The position numbers and the translations under genes were made by a program. 64,000 bases of DNA. It comes from Paraspadella gotoi (Eukaryota; Animalia; Chaetognatha). The notes beneath the pieces were generated by a model. The model saw only the letters and a list, made by a program, of their open reading frames with translations, ran no database searches and was not told the origin of the DNA. The stretch spans positions 4,196,566 to 4,260,565 of the forward strand of contig CM119269.1 of the NCBI GenBank assembly GCA_051294375.1. The letters are read 5' to 3'. Shown here in pieces: positions 11,301 through 35,985 of the stretch (within the stretch, counting starts at the first letter, position 1; every line of letters starts with the position of its first letter).

Positions 11301-14300
11301 TCCTCTACCCCTTCAACTCCCCGACCTCAGGCTCGTCTCCGGGCTGGAGACGGAGGTAGATCCCTCGACGGTGCCCGGCGGTCGCGCCGTCCTCGACTCC
11401 CCCAAGTACGTCGACATCTCCTCCACCATCAAAGATCAGCAGGCGGAACTCCAGCACTTGAAGGATCTCACCAGCAGCTTGGAGCGCACCATGGCCAATC
11501 TCAAGGTGGAGAAGGAAATTCCATGTTTTTTTAAATTTTCTTGTTAAATGAAGAGAGATAGTTCGTTTATTTGTGAATTAACGATTGATTTTTAGCGTTA
11601 GCGAACTTATTTTATATATTAATTGATTTATTTTTTTTGCTTAATTGTTGGCTGGACAATTAAGTCCCATGGATTAATTGATTATCATTTTCTACCAATA
11701 TATTATTGATTTGGTTTTATTGATTTCATTCGTTATTTGATTCATCAATTCGTTATATACTCGATTGATTGATTGACCGATTGATACATACTTCTCCCCC
11801 AGGTCTCCGTCACCAACCGGGCCGGCATCGGCCACCCTCGACGTCATCGGCACAAACACAGAATCGAAAGCGACGCCGACGACGACGACGACGACGACGT
11901 TCCCGTCGGCGACGACGAAAACAACGACGACAATGAATCCTTCATTCGAACGTTGAAGACGAAGAAGGAATTGTCCGAGATTCAATCGTCTTTGGGGGAT
12001 TACGCGGGTGAGTCTGCGCGTCTGTCGGTCTGTCTGTGTGTCGAGATGTCTGTCTGTCTTTCTGACTCGTCTGTCTGTCCATCTGTCGGTTCACCATCCT
12101 TGACTCTGTGTTCTTTCGTTTTCTTAAGGCATTTTGGAATCTCAAAAGAAGAATTTTGTTCAGCTGGAAAAAAGGGTTCACCGTTTCAAGAAGGAATTGA
12201 TCAACGTCAAGAATCAGGTGAGTGAAGAAGGAAAAAGGTAAGGAATCAATGGAGTGATGAATAGAGGGAGAAGCGTGATTATGAAGGAAACTAATAAAAG
12301 ATGAACGCTGTGATATAATCATATATATATATATTTAGAGAAAATATAATACAATGAGATAAAATTAAAAAGACAAAATTAATATGAAGTGAAAAATGAA
12401 AACGACGATAGAAGAAAAAAAAATCCAAAAAATCAAAAGAGAAATAAAAAAGAATTCGGTTTGAGGGGGGAGGGGTGATGGGGAGTGAGGGGGGGAGGCA
12501 CATAGGTAGAATGAATGAGAGATGAACAAAGAAACGAAGTTTGGAATAAACTAGAATTAAAGAAGATACCGAAATTCTTTTGACCTTTTTTTCTCCAGAG
12601 TAAAAAAAACCAAACATCCCTTTTTACCGTTTACCTCAAAGAAAAAAAAAAAAAGGAAAAGAAAAGAAAAGAAAGGAAAGAAGAATAAACTGAGGGAAAA
12701 AACGTGTGAATTTGAAAAAGAAATTTGAATAAGAAATAAAAAAAAAAGAAGTGGAACAATCGAAAGTTACTTCGGTTTAATTGAATATTTCTGATGATCA
12801 ATAAAACGTTAGACTAGCGATCATTATCTGGACTCAACTGCTTCCAATCGATTTAGATATTTAAAGTTCACGCTGAGGAAATGAAGCGTTTAAGAAGTAC
12901 CCGTAGCTTTTAAAAGTCCCTCAAAGTCAGTTTCCCATCGCGACGCTCCCATCGATTCTCAATGAAGCGTCATGATTTGAGAAACGTCTCTCGATCGTTC
13001 GGGTCGTCGTCCTCCTTCCTCATTGTCTTCATTTTAGCGTTATCTTTCTCCTCATCCTCCTCCTCCTCCTCCTCTTCAGGTCGGTGGAGTCAAAAACGAA
13101 ACGGGAAAATTGAGACAAGAATTGATGAACCAAATTTCCCAACGAGATTTCGAGTCGAGAGGATTTTTGGCGTCTAGTCAAGCCAACATCCAGGTGAGGG
13201 TCATTAACTTAGTGCTCTCTCTCTCTCTTGCGCCACGCGACAGGTCATCCTCGATTCCAAATACGGAAACACGACGCGTTTCTTGAGGAGGAGGTGAGAA
13301 TGGGGGGGCGGTGGAGGGGGGAGGGGAAAGGAGGGGGTGGAGTAGGGGGAGAGGGAAAGCAGGTATGGGGGGGGAGAGGTTTGTGTGAGTGTGTGAGATA
13401 GCATGCGACTTTAATTTACTTTATATGTTTTGTTTTTTACATCCTTAAATTGCTTCATCAGTCACTATTGTTTTTTTTTCAGCCTGTGTCCACGTCCAAA
13501 CTTGAGGTTCGTCAAAAATGGTCGTCACCGTCAGCATCATCGTCGTCGTCGTCGTCGTCGTCGTCGTCATCTTCGTTCGTCCACAATAACGATCGACTGC
13601 CCGAGATTCCGCAATCGGAAATGAAGCGACGCCCAACGGACGACGTCGCCCGTCGCCTCAACGACGACGACAATGACAGAACATACGTCTCCTCCTCCTC
13701 CTCCTCCTCCTCCAACCCACCCACCGTCCACATCAAACGCTCCGCCGACGACGACGACGACGCCGACGGTTTCCATAGCGACGACCCTTCCTCCCAGCGC
13801 CGCTTCCCGCACCCGAGCCCGCTCGACGTCAACGGGCCCGAGGTGCCGGGCTCTCGGTCGGCTCAGCGGCAGCGCTACCCGGCGCCGGAAGACGAGGCGC
13901 CGGAGCCTCCGTCGGCGCCGGAGTCGGCGTCGGCGCCGCGCAGGCCGCAAGTGCCGTTTCCGCCGGACGTGGCCGAGACGCTGAACGCGCTGCCGACGCG
14001 GGAGGGAGATCAGGGGTCGCGGCTACTGGAGCGGGCGTTCGTGTTGATCGGACAGGAAATGATCGGACACCGGACCAAGCTGGGTCAGTGGAGGAGGGAG
14101 GGTTGTTATTTGGAGGGGATGGGGTGGTTGGTTGGGCGATGGGAAGGGGCCTCTTTGAATTTATTGGATCTATAAGGATGTCGTCCTTCAATATCCTCTT
14201 GTAATTGTTCATCTATTCATTCCTTTATTCATTCATTGTTTCATTCATTCATTCATTGTTTCATTTATTGTTTCATTCATTCATTCATTCATTCATTGTT

Positions 14301-14693
14301 TCATTCATTCATTCATTCATTCATTGTTTCATTCATTCATTCATTCATTCATTCATCCATTCTTTCATTTCGCTTTTTCATTTATGAAATTGGTACAACC
14401 AATATAAAAATTATCCATTCATTTAATAAATATAAAATATAAAATATTTATTATTTCAGTCGGTAAGTCATTCCTTTCATTGTATCCTCTTTCATTAATG
14501 AAATCCATTATTCACTGATCCGTTTTACTTAACGAATCCCATCCCACTTGCAGGCGTCCTGGAGGACATCTTCGTGACCCAGAGTCACCAGCTGGGCGGC
14601 TACACCGACAAGCTCTCCCTCTTCCTCTCTACCTACGAGGACGACATCCGCCACATCAAGGGGAAGATGGAAGAGGCTCAACTCGGAAATTAA
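8338..14693 (+). CDS. Partial gene for a coiled-coil protein with a Ser/Asp/Pro-rich region, family unknown; exons 8338-8509, [exon probably in N-gap 8676-8974], 10654-10785, 11331-11505, 11803-12007, 12129-12217, 13080-13193, (13244-13293?), 13483-14083, 14554-14693
   Basis: GC-rich exons with AG/GT ends. Phases are consistent from 10654 to the TAA at 14693 if the 50-nt exon is skipped. Heptad-like peptides include LVEKWEKKLEAELKSRDHRIRDLESLVEVVDKKLESL, IKDQQAELQHLKDLTSSLERTMANLK and QKKNFVQLEKRVHRFKKELINVKNQ; the C-terminus is ...YEDDIRHIKGKMEEAQLGN*. A donor GTGAGT at 8292 shows a further upstream exon inside gap 8009-8290. Confidence 0.75.
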
Positions 14694-16590
14694 CTTGAAC
14701 CCAAAGCGATCGATCCACGCGCCTCAGGCTGAGACATCGTTTTCAATCTGCCTGCCCCCCATCCCCCCCAACCCCCCCAACCCCCCAACCCCCACAACCC
14801 CTCAGCCCCCCTTATTTCCCCCCCCTCATTTTCCGTCTAATTGTTCCCGGGTGATGATTTCTCACGATTGGGGATCAACGTACGAACAAATTGTTCGCCG
14901 TGGCAGTTGTGTTTTTTGCGTGTGTGGAGGAGAGAGGGAAGAGGAAAACGACGACGATGAAGACGTGAACGATGACATGGACGATGGATTTCACAAATTG
15001 AGACTTTCACTTCAACGAATTTCACAAAGTTCCTTCGGAATACCTTCTTTTTTTTTTACTCACCATTTTTTCGTGAAAAAAAATTTGGACTTTGCATATT
15101 TAATTAAAATATAATATAATAGATATAATATAATAAATTATAAAATTGACAAAATAATTTATTGTACTCGACCGAAATGTTCATTTTTATTCATATATAC
15201 TGTATTACAGTATTTTCTATTTGAGAGTTTTATTTTCCATTATTTAGCTTGTTATTTTCTAACTTTCTATTTTCTAAGATAGTCTCCGGTTAATTTTCTT
15301 TATTCTGACGAACAAATAAGATGAACCCGATGTATCGTTAGGTGAGGCCGATAAGATTAAGGTAGGCAAAGTTGGGTAAGGCTCGAAAGATAAAAGTAAA
15401 GGACGCCGAAATATCTTTTTACTGATCCCGATCAGTTCTGCAATAAAATTCCGACGTTTTTACGAGCGTGCGTGTTTTCAAGGTCCGACACTTTTTGAGG
15501 TCGGACGATTGCCAGACCGGACACTTGCGATGTCGTACACTCGCGGTCGTAAAAAGTCGTACGCATTTTGAAAAAAAAAAATCTTTATCTAGGTAACTTT
15601 AATTTAACATCGAGGAATCACCAGAATTCAAAAATTACATCATTTTTCGAAATAAGATTTTAACGTATACATTCCAACATTCCAAATTGTTTACACTAGA
15701 AAAAACTACTTTATTTTAAACCTCGTGTCATGAGTATATTATGTTTAATAATAGTTGATTTTATCTTAATCTTCGTCTTGATCTCATTGTTCGTCCGAAT
15801 AATATCGATCATAATCTTTGACGTCGTCGCTTTTGCCTCGAGGCGACCAACGATTTGATGGACGACGACGACGACGACGAAGACGACGACGACGACGACG
15901 ACTCAAACGATGCCATCGACGGAAACGATGAATAACGCGGTCACAATGACGACGACGACGACGACGACGACGATAATTGGGGCTGTTATCGTCGACGTCG
16001 AATCCAGTTAACCGTTTTGTCTCGACGACGAAAACGATAAGGGAAACGACCACAAAGATTTTTTTTTTTTTTTTTTGATCGATGAACATCTTCGCTCTCT
16101 TTTCGCTTCGACGGAAATAAAAAATACAATAAAACAAATAAATAAAAATAAATAAAAGAAAAAGAAAAGTCGCAATTGAAATTTAAGGTGAAAAAAACCA
16201 AGAAAGGAAAAGTATAGTTTATAAATGAATATATCAAAGAAATTTTAAAATAAAAATAATTTCCTGAAGCAATTAAAATCAAAATTTAGATTTCGAAAAC
16301 ATTAAATATTTTGCGTTATGATTTTCTTAATTCGATTAAATTTTTACTGCTGCCAAAACGATTTATCGGTAAAAACTGGAAAAGTTGAGCAGAATTTAAT
16401 TTATTAATTAAGACAAAAAAAAACCTTGAAGAGGAAATTGAAGTCAAATTGAAGTCAAATTCTTTGACGAAACGAAAAAAATTTTTTTTTTCTTTGGGAA
16501 AACAGAATCTTCAGGCCACTGGCCTCTGTTTCCCATGTGATAGTTCGTAAAAAGATCTAATTAATTTTTAAATAATAATTCAATCTATGG

Positions 16591-16629
<39 letters not shown>

Positions 16630-16907
16630 TTGTCGTATTCACTGACTGAAAAAAAAAATTTCCAAAATATAAATAAAAATGAAGAAAATCTGAGTCCGAG
16701 TCCGAGTCCAAATCTTAGTCCAAATCTGAGTCCAAATCCTAATCCCAAATCTTCGTCCCTCGATCGTCGCCGTAAATCAAAGAGAATTCGTGACGAACGA
16801 AAGGGAAAAAAAAAAGAGTAACAATGGGAGGGAGGGAACCTAATCACGTTTAATGGAGTTGACCCGGCCTTCGCGACGGCCTCGAGTCAAGAGGGGGGAA
16901 CCACATC

Positions 16908-16950
<43 letters not shown>

Positions 16951-17526
16951 GGCAGACCTTACCAATTTTGACGAGTAAGTTTCAATAAAGCCACGTCTCT
17001 ATCGCCTGTCTTATCGTGGCCACGCAATCATTAACGGTTTTGCCGCTTGGCTGAGCGTTGCATTGGTCAGTCAGTCGTTAACGGCGTCTGTAATAAAACA
17101 CAAATACATTTATTTTGGTTGCTGCGCTATTTGATTAGAACATTTTTTTATATAGTTTACAAAAAAAATTTTCTTGCTGTACAAATGGATGTATGGATTT
17201 TTTTACAATAGACTTATCATTTTGCTCTCTTTTCAGTCCAATATGTAAATGAATCGAAATATGAAAACTGTTAAATACTTATAAACTTTAATTACATCAG
17301 CGATCGAAATTTAACTTCGTCGACGATTCGACAACTAAACAATAATTAAAAAAAAAAAAACAATAAACTAATTCTTCGTCAAGAACTGAAAATGACCTCC
17401 GCCGCTCACGACCTCGTCCCGCCCTCCTTCCTCAACGGTTCCGCGATCCTTTCCGGCTCCACTTCCGCCAAACCTGCGCCCTCTAGGCGACGCTCATCAA
17501 GCCACGCCCACTCGCGTCACCGGACT

Positions 17527-24984
<7,458 letters not shown>

Positions 24985-25467
24985 GACTAAAAAAAATATT
25001 TCTTCAATTCATATTCGACAAATGAAGTTAATATTGAAGGCTGTCGATGTCGCTTTGCTTGTAGAATGTTGGCAAAACTTCTTTTAATTCTACACCACGC
25101 AACTACATCAAGAGGGACATAATTTGAAGGAGCAATCCTCGAACTACGCCTCTCGACCAGAGTCCATTTCCTGCGACGGAATTAAATTTCGATCGAATTT
25201 CGATAAGAAACTTCGATGAGAGCGAATATGACGAGCCACTCCGCGTCGCCCGCATGGATGCGGAGTTCGGATCCTTCGAATCGAATCCCGCATCGCGACG
25301 AAGGCTGAAATCAAAATTGAACAACAACAACAACAACGACGACCACGACGACGAAAGCGGAAGGAAAAAGAGCAGCGGGTGGGAAAGAGAACAGGTTTGG
25401 GATCTCGATGTGTGCCTGAGTGGCTGTGTCGTGGGAGTAAGCGACGAGCGGAGGCTGAGAAGCAGAC

Positions 25468-25618
<151 letters not shown>

Positions 25619-25828
25619 ATTTTAAAAGGAAAACTAACTCGAAGAGGCGCTAGCGATTCGAGTTTTTGTGAAAATTCTTCTGGCAAACAAAAGATTTTGC
25701 GCAAAACACACGTTTCTTATGCGTAGCTTAGGAGATTGCGATTATTTTCATTTTGACATCGATTAAAAAAAAAAGAATTGTCTGCTTGCCTCCTTGTTCC
25801 TACGAACAAGCGATCACCAGCTGTTATT

Positions 25829-28610
<2,782 letters not shown>

Positions 28611-29514
28611 CTAGCCTAATCTTACTCGACTTTTCATACAAAAAAATAGTAGACGGTTTCTACAATGCTTAAATTTAATTTTAATATATTTGTAAAAAAT
28701 ATTATTAAAAAATCAATATGATCCAAGATACATAAGGTAAACGACTTTTTCTTCCTAAAGCAACTTTAAATTAACAGATTATGACTATGAGTATGAGTTT
28801 TAAAAAAGAAAAGACTGGAACAAAGTGACTTTGAATTGTCTTTCTTCCACTTTCGTTTAACAGCCGACACACCAGATGGCACACAACATCAGGGAGCAAA
28901 CAAACGGCGCGAGCAGTCAAATCGGAATATAATTCTTCATGAAGGACAGTTGCATGTTTTAGGTTTAAATTATTTTATGTTAAATCGTGAATAAAAGCTA
29001 CGTAATTAGTGGAAATCTTTATTTCAAACTTTTTTCCAACATTAACAGCAATTTAATAAAATTACATTATTATCAAAATAAGCTAAATAGCGTATAAAAA
29101 CAGTCTACATTTGCAATAAAGTTGCAAGAGTATCACGCCAAAAAATGACCAAGGAAAAATATCACCGAATATTATAATGCATAAATTTAGTAAATAACCA
29201 CTATAGTAAAAATATGGACCGAGAGGTACAGGGTTAATTTAACAAAAAAAAAACAACACAAAAAACAAAGATCATAATAGTAATTGATTAATTCGTTAAA
29301 GCATAAGCAATTCGACGATAAGTTTTTCCCTCTTTTAACTCTCCCCTCAATCAAACTTCCTTTTTTCTCTTTCCTCTTCCAATTTTTCCAAAAGCGGCGA
29401 ACTTACCCCTTCTTCCTTACCTTCCTCTTTCAACTCGGAATCCTTCTTCCCTTCCACACCCTCGACCCCACTTGCTTTTCGCATTTGCCTCTTTACTTTC
29501 CTCCATTTTTATTC

Positions 29515-29618
<104 letters not shown>

Positions 29619-30006
29619 CTCGCCTTTATCGCTTTCTTTTCTCTCGGTTCTTCTCTCTCCTTTTATTGTTTTTTCGCGTATTATCAATTTTCCTATTTTC
29701 TCTTCCCTCCCATTCTTGTCTTTTTATTGCCTCTAATTCTCTTTTCTTCTTTGCGTCTGAAAAACGAGAGGGTGAGAGAGAGAGAGAGAGAGAGAGAGAA
29801 GAGAGACGAGAGAGAGAGAGAGAGAGAGAGGAGAGAAGGAGAGAGAGAGAGAGACCGCTTTCCTCCTTTTTGCGCCGCCGTCTCGTTTTCCTCCACTTAA
29901 CTCCTTTTTCTTCCGACTCGAAACTTCTCCCTCCTAAATCTCATGTCTCTCTCTTACGCACCGACGGAAAACTTCATAAGAAAACGAGATTAATTAGACT
30001 CTCTCT

Positions 30007-30068
<62 letters not shown>

Positions 30069-30451
30069 TCTCTCTCTCTCTCTCTAACTCTCTGATGACT
30101 CGCACACCAGCATCAGTAACTACCTAATGCGAGCGAAATCACCGACTATCACGAAAAAGACGCTTACTATCTGATTCATCTATTTCCGTACCTAGACTTG
30201 AATCCAACTCCTCCATTCTCCTCTTCCAGCTCAAGCTAACACTAGAATATCTCGAACCTGAGCAACGATGACACCTCAATATTATACGTCTACATTTGAG
30301 CTGCCATTTTTTATTTTCCTTCTAACTAACTCGAGCTCATAGCTGCTAACTAATACCGATCGCCGGAGACCGGTTTTAACGTGCGAGTCGAACGACCCTC
30401 CTCTTTTCTTATTTTCCTCTTTTCCTCCTTATTTCCCTACAATTATTCCTG

Positions 30452-30487
<36 letters not shown>

Positions 30488-30668
30488 AGGGAGAGTAAAT
30501 GGCAAAATCTATTGAATCAGTTACTAAAATAAAGTGTGTGTCGATCGAAATGACTGATAAATAATTTTCGTCTCAAAATCCCATTAAATTTAACAACTTT
30601 TTTCCCCCCTCTTTTCCTTTCTCTCTTTTTTTCCCATTCGCCTTCAAAAGAATTCCTCGGATTCTGAG

Positions 30669-33600
30669 ATGCAGCAGCCGCCGCAACAACAAAATCACCA
30701 GCCGCCGCAGCCGCAGCCGCAGCAGAGAAAAGACTCTCGTCGCGGCGTCGTAAACAAATCCGGCGTCGCGACTTCAACGACGACGACGACGACGACGAAA
30801 ACGACGACGCCGCCCGTCGCCGTAACGGGGTCATCGCCTCTAGTCGGCGCCCCTGTCGACGCCGTCGTCGTCGCCGGCGCCAAACGAGACGCCGCTACAG
30901 AGACGTCGACGCCGCCGGAAGCGTCGGCGACGCCCGCCACGCCCAACAACGCCGGCCCATGCGAACCCGGCACGGCCGTGCGCCTCGAGGGCACGGTCTG
31001 GCACGAACTCCAATCCGCCGACGGCGGAGGTGAGCAGAGTAAGGACTTTTTTAAGACTCTCCTTTCTTTGGTAGACTTACCTTCTTTCCTTTTTTATTTC
31101 CTTGATAGACTTACTTACCTTTGTTATGTCGGTCTTTACTTTATTTTAAATTCCGTTTGCCATGGGAATTTGTAAAACCTTTTAGGATATTTAAAAGAGA
31201 TAATTGAAAAATATGAGAGTTATTTAAAAACATGATAGACGTCATTTAATAAGTTTTGTTTTATATAATCTTCGAGACTTCTCCGTTTTTATTTTAAAAT
31301 CTAGTTAAGCATGTCTGTTCTTATAATCTTATAATCTTATAATCAGGCCGAACATTTTATTACTTATTCTTATCTCCAAAATTTTCCTTGCATGTCATCG
31401 TTCTTATTTACATACATAGTATAATTAGTATATATATATGAAAATTTTTTTTCGGTTCAAAGTATAAACATTTATATTTTGTTGCTGTTTCTCGAAAGGT
31501 CTGTTGGTGGTAAACGTGACCTGGCGCGGGAAAACCTTCGTCGGAACTCTGATGGACGCGACAAGACACGACTGGGCGCCGCCAAGGTACAGTTGAAATC
31601 AAATATACTTGTTATATATATGTTTTTAATAACTAACAAAAAAACAAAAGGAAGGTTTTCCTAAAACCCCCAACTCTTCCCTTTTCTTCCCATTCAGATT
31701 CTGCGACTCTCCCGTCCTCAGCGACAACGAAACAAAAGGGAATCGACGAGGCGGCGCCAAGAAAAGCAAAAGAGACGCCGGCGACGCCAAAGAGGGAAAA
31801 CTGCGGAACGGAAAAGGGCGCCGCGTGCCGAAGACGCCGCCCGCCAGTCCGGCGCGGAGCGAGGTAACGGGAGGCGTGAATGACTCGGTGACTCGGTCCT
31901 TTGTGATTTAGCGATGGAGTCTTTATTTGTCCTTTTTCTCTTCCTCGACCCCCAGGCCCCTGAATCCAAGAAACGCAAAGGGCGCCAGACTCAAGACAGC
32001 GAGGGCGACGCCGACGCCGCCGCTTCTGTCCCCGGCGCTAAATCCACAGGCGGCGGCGCCGGAAAACGTGGACGAGGCAACTCGAACAGCAAAGACTCTA
32101 AAGAAGTGGCTCCCTTGTCCGGCGCCAAAGACTCTGCCTCGACGAAATCGGCGACGACGCCTTCGAAAAAAGACGCCGGATCGAACGGCGCCAGCGGCGT
32201 CGCCGGGCCGGAGAAGCCGACGCCGAATTCGCCTCCGCACATCGAATGTCCTGAACCGAACTGCGATAAAAAGTATAAACACATCAACGGCCTGAAATAT
32301 CATCAGACTCATCATCACGCTCAGTCGGCGTTGTCGTCGTCGTCCTCATCCTCTTCCTCGTCCTCCCCGCCGCTGAACAACAACACGAATAACAACAACA
32401 ACAATTCCGCTTCGTCCGCGACGACTACGACGACGACGACAACGACGACGACGACGACCAAAGTTGAGCCCGATGACGTTTTGGTCAAACGAGAGACGGC
32501 GATCGAAGAATCGAAAAAGTTGACGCCGGAAGACGTCAAAAGATTGACGCCACGCCCACTTCCGGTCGCCGACGTTAAGACGACCGTTAAACCTCCTTCG
32601 CCGTTTCCGCCGCTTCATTCCGCCGCCGCCGCCGCCGCCACGGCCGCCGCCTGCGTCAACAACGTCGCTAGTCACCTCGCTCAACAAGACGCCGTTCAAA
32701 AGGGCGCAGTTCCAGTCAAAGGCTTCGCCGACGGCGTTTCCGGCAAACCGACGCATCCCGGCCACTCTGTTCCGGTCAATTCGATCGCGCCGCCAAAGAC
32801 GTCGGCTGCGACGTCGACGTCTTTGCCTCTTCACCCAATCATCGCTTCCGCCGCCGCAGCCGCCGCCGCGGTCGCCGCCTCCGCCGCCGCACAGGCTGTC
32901 TCCCACGAACTAGAAGAAAGCCTCAAGCCGATCGTCCCCGTCCTGCCCCTGCTGCAAACGCCTCCCCGCCAATCAGCGCCTTCCTCGCATCCGCCGCCGC
33001 CTCCCGCCTCTAGAGCGGAAGCCAAGCCGGGCCTCCAATCGTCCGTCAACACCGTCATCAATGGCGCTCTGCCGTCGCCGCATCCCGGCGCCCAAGTCTT
33101 GGCGCTTTCGACAGGCATTTCCGGCGTCGTCCAGCGCTTGAGCGACGCTCAATCTGGAGGATCTTGGATTACGACGCGAGATTCGCCGCAAGGAGGCGCG
33201 GCGGCGCAGCCCAATCATCATCATCATCATCACCATCGCGGCGGCGGCGCGTCGACGCCGTCGGACCGCCAAGGCGCCAATGGATCGGCGCCACCGACCT
33301 CGCAACATCATAATCACCATCATCATCATCATCATCACCATCATCGAGAGGGTTCAGTCGTCAACGCGACCAAGACTTTCTTTCCACCGGTGCAAATTCC
33401 CGACGCGGCGCCGCCAGCCTCCGTTTCGCACCAGGCGTCGTCGGAGAGCGCCGCTTCACATCCCAGCGTCGTCTACGGTGGCGTAGGTGGCGCAACCTCG
33501 TCGTCAAAAGCTGTGACTGTGACGGCAACGGTGATCACGCCACCCGTCGGTCATCCTCAAAACGACAAACCCGCGCCCGCGGGAAAGAGGGCGCTCAAAG

Positions 33601-34790
33601 ATGCGGCCGGAGCCGCCGCCGTCGCGGCAGCGGCTGCCGCCAAAAAGCGTCAGCACAGCGGCGCCGCCGGCGGTCACAAGGGATTCGAGGCGCTGGCCTC
33701 GCAGTTGGCGCCGATCACGACGCAACAACCGTTGACTCAAGCGGCGCCGCTAAACATGAAGCCCATCCAACCCAAGCCGGTCGTGCTCGGCGACGGCGGC
33801 GTCGGCGGCGTGGGGAACGGCGTCCCCGAGAAGAAGCCTAAGCCAAAGAAGAAGAAGCGTGAAGGAGAGACGAGCGCACTGAGCCCCGGCGGGGCACCCG
33901 GGGCTGTCCTTGGCCCGTCGGGGGCGCCTTCGCCCGTGCCGCTCAGTCCCGCCAGCCAAAGTCTTTCCGCAAAGTCGCTCAACGCTTCGTCGCCAGTTGG
34001 TGAGTTGTCGAGTGGGAGGGGGGGGGTTGTGTGGTTCGTGACTATTAGTAACTTTTCTATTCCTAATCTTCAACGAAATGACGTAACGGCGCTGTGAATT
34101 TTTGATATTGTGATATTGTGATATTTACCTAACTTATTCTCATGTCTACATTAATTCAATTCAATTTTCACATTCTCAAATTACGATCGTCCTCCCTTCC
34201 CCAATTTTTCTCCAGCTCATTCGCCGCGTCCCTCCGTATCCCCATCTGGCGTCGGGGTTTCGTTAACACCCCCCGCGGCTCACAGCGGACCCGCCACCTC
34301 ACCTTACCCCCTCGGGCACGCCCTCCACCCCCACCATCCCGAAGATAAAAGGGAGAGGGTCAGCCCTCATTTCGGCGACGGAGGGGACAACGATCCTGAC
34401 CTGAAGGACCCTCGGGGTCAGGAGGCCAGAATAAAGGGTGAGTTAAGAGTCAGGAGATAAAGTCCATTCGCGTGAAGTTTATGTGAAAAAATTATTTAAA
34501 TTTGTCTACTTACTTAAATGTTATCACAAACCATCTTTTTTTCAATCAGGAAAATCGCCCGGTACGGCTCCGCCCGGGAGCTACCTGCCCTCGCCTTACG
34601 CCGCCTACGGTCAATACGGACAGTACAGGGGCTACCCCGGATTTCCGAGCTACCCTCACATGAGTCACAATCAGGTTAAACCAATAGTTTCTCACGGTAA
34701 TCCTGAAAAAAAAAAATATTTAAAAAACAATCATCAGTTCGTAAGTCACTAAAAACGAAAGCGATAAAGTAATGAATCATTTAGCTCATA

Positions 34791-34888
<98 letters not shown>

Positions 34889-35985
34889 TAATTACATTTC
34901 ATTCTATAAAAAAAATCGTTATTCAATTGATAAATTCCGCTCTCTTACAGGATAAGAAAGACGGCGAGCAACTCCGCGCCAAAGATCTCTCGCTCGGCGC
35001 CGCCAACAAACCCTTGGACCTGGAGAAAAAACGTGACGCCGCGCAGACGACGCCGTCCACGACCTCTCGACTCTCAGCGCCGCCGGATGTCAAACCGGTG
35101 CCGGGAGATAATCTAAGATTTGGCGTCGTCGGCGCCGCGTCCAATCCGGCGTCGCCCTACTCCACCGGCGCTCTTACGGGCACGCCCTCGCCCGGCAAAG
35201 ACGGCGCAAAACTGAAAAAAGACGCCGCAGTTTCGAGTTCGGCCCCGTCGACGCCCGGAAGGGGCGCCGCCGGTTCCAGCCCTCCTTCGCCTTCCATCGC
35301 CGTCACGCCTTCAAAAAGCGCCGCCGCGGCCGGCGCCGGCGTCGCTTCCTTCGCGCCGTTTACGCCGCCGATCTCGTCTTCGGCAGCGGCGGCGGCGGCT
35401 TCATTTTTGCCCCCGTCCTATCCTCATCTTGGCGCCGCGGGAATTTCTTTCGACGCCGCGCATCCTCTGTACCGAAGCGGCGCTCTCTCTGCTCATCTTC
35501 AGTACCTGACAGCCGCCGGCGCCGCCGCCTCTCCGTTCCTGACTCCGCCAGGATTGGCCCATCTATACGGGGCACCAGGCGCCGCCGTCAGCCCATCCTC
35601 CGGCGACAAGGGGCCGAGAATCTCGGCCGTACCCGGAGCGGCCAACGGTCCCACTCACGCCTCCAGCCCAACGGCGGCGCTGGAAAAGAACGCGTCGACC
35701 CCGCTGACGGCGCCCAACGGCGCCAAGGCGCTCGATCAACTCAAACATCACGCCGCCAGACTGGAGTCGCCCGACTTCGCCGCCGCCGCGGCAGCCGCGG
35801 CAGCAGCCGCCTCCGTCGCTCCTCCGCCGCCCAAGTCTCCCGCCGTGGCGCCGTCACCGCGCCCTCCATCGGCGCCTTCCCCATCCGTCGCTCGATCGCC
35901 GCTTCAACCTCCGACGCCAACCAGCGCCTTTCCCGGCGCTTTCTCAGTCATTCCCGGCGCCTACAGTCCCTTTCAGCTGCGGTGA
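30669..35985 (+). CDS. ZNF608/609: ZNF608/ZNF609-family (brakeless/scribbler-like) single-C2H2 transcriptional co-regulator, ~1346 aa, 7 exons: 30669-31029, 31499-31586, 31698-31863, 31956-33999, 34216-34437, 34550-34674, 34951-35985
   Basis: The spliced translation gives [17 protein letters not shown]|[29 protein letters not shown]|RFCDSP and the C2H2 finger [26 protein letters not shown], both hallmark blocks of ZNF608/609/Brakeless (recognised from memory). All six introns are GT-AG and the phases are consistent (4041 nt including TGA). An in-frame AG acceptor at 30650 means the true start may lie further upstream. Confidence 0.93.

Noticed and set aside
28869-28882. CTCF-like motif acaccagatggcac between gene D and ZNF608/609
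   Set aside because: A single imperfect match can occur by chance in 64 kb and has no supporting evidence.
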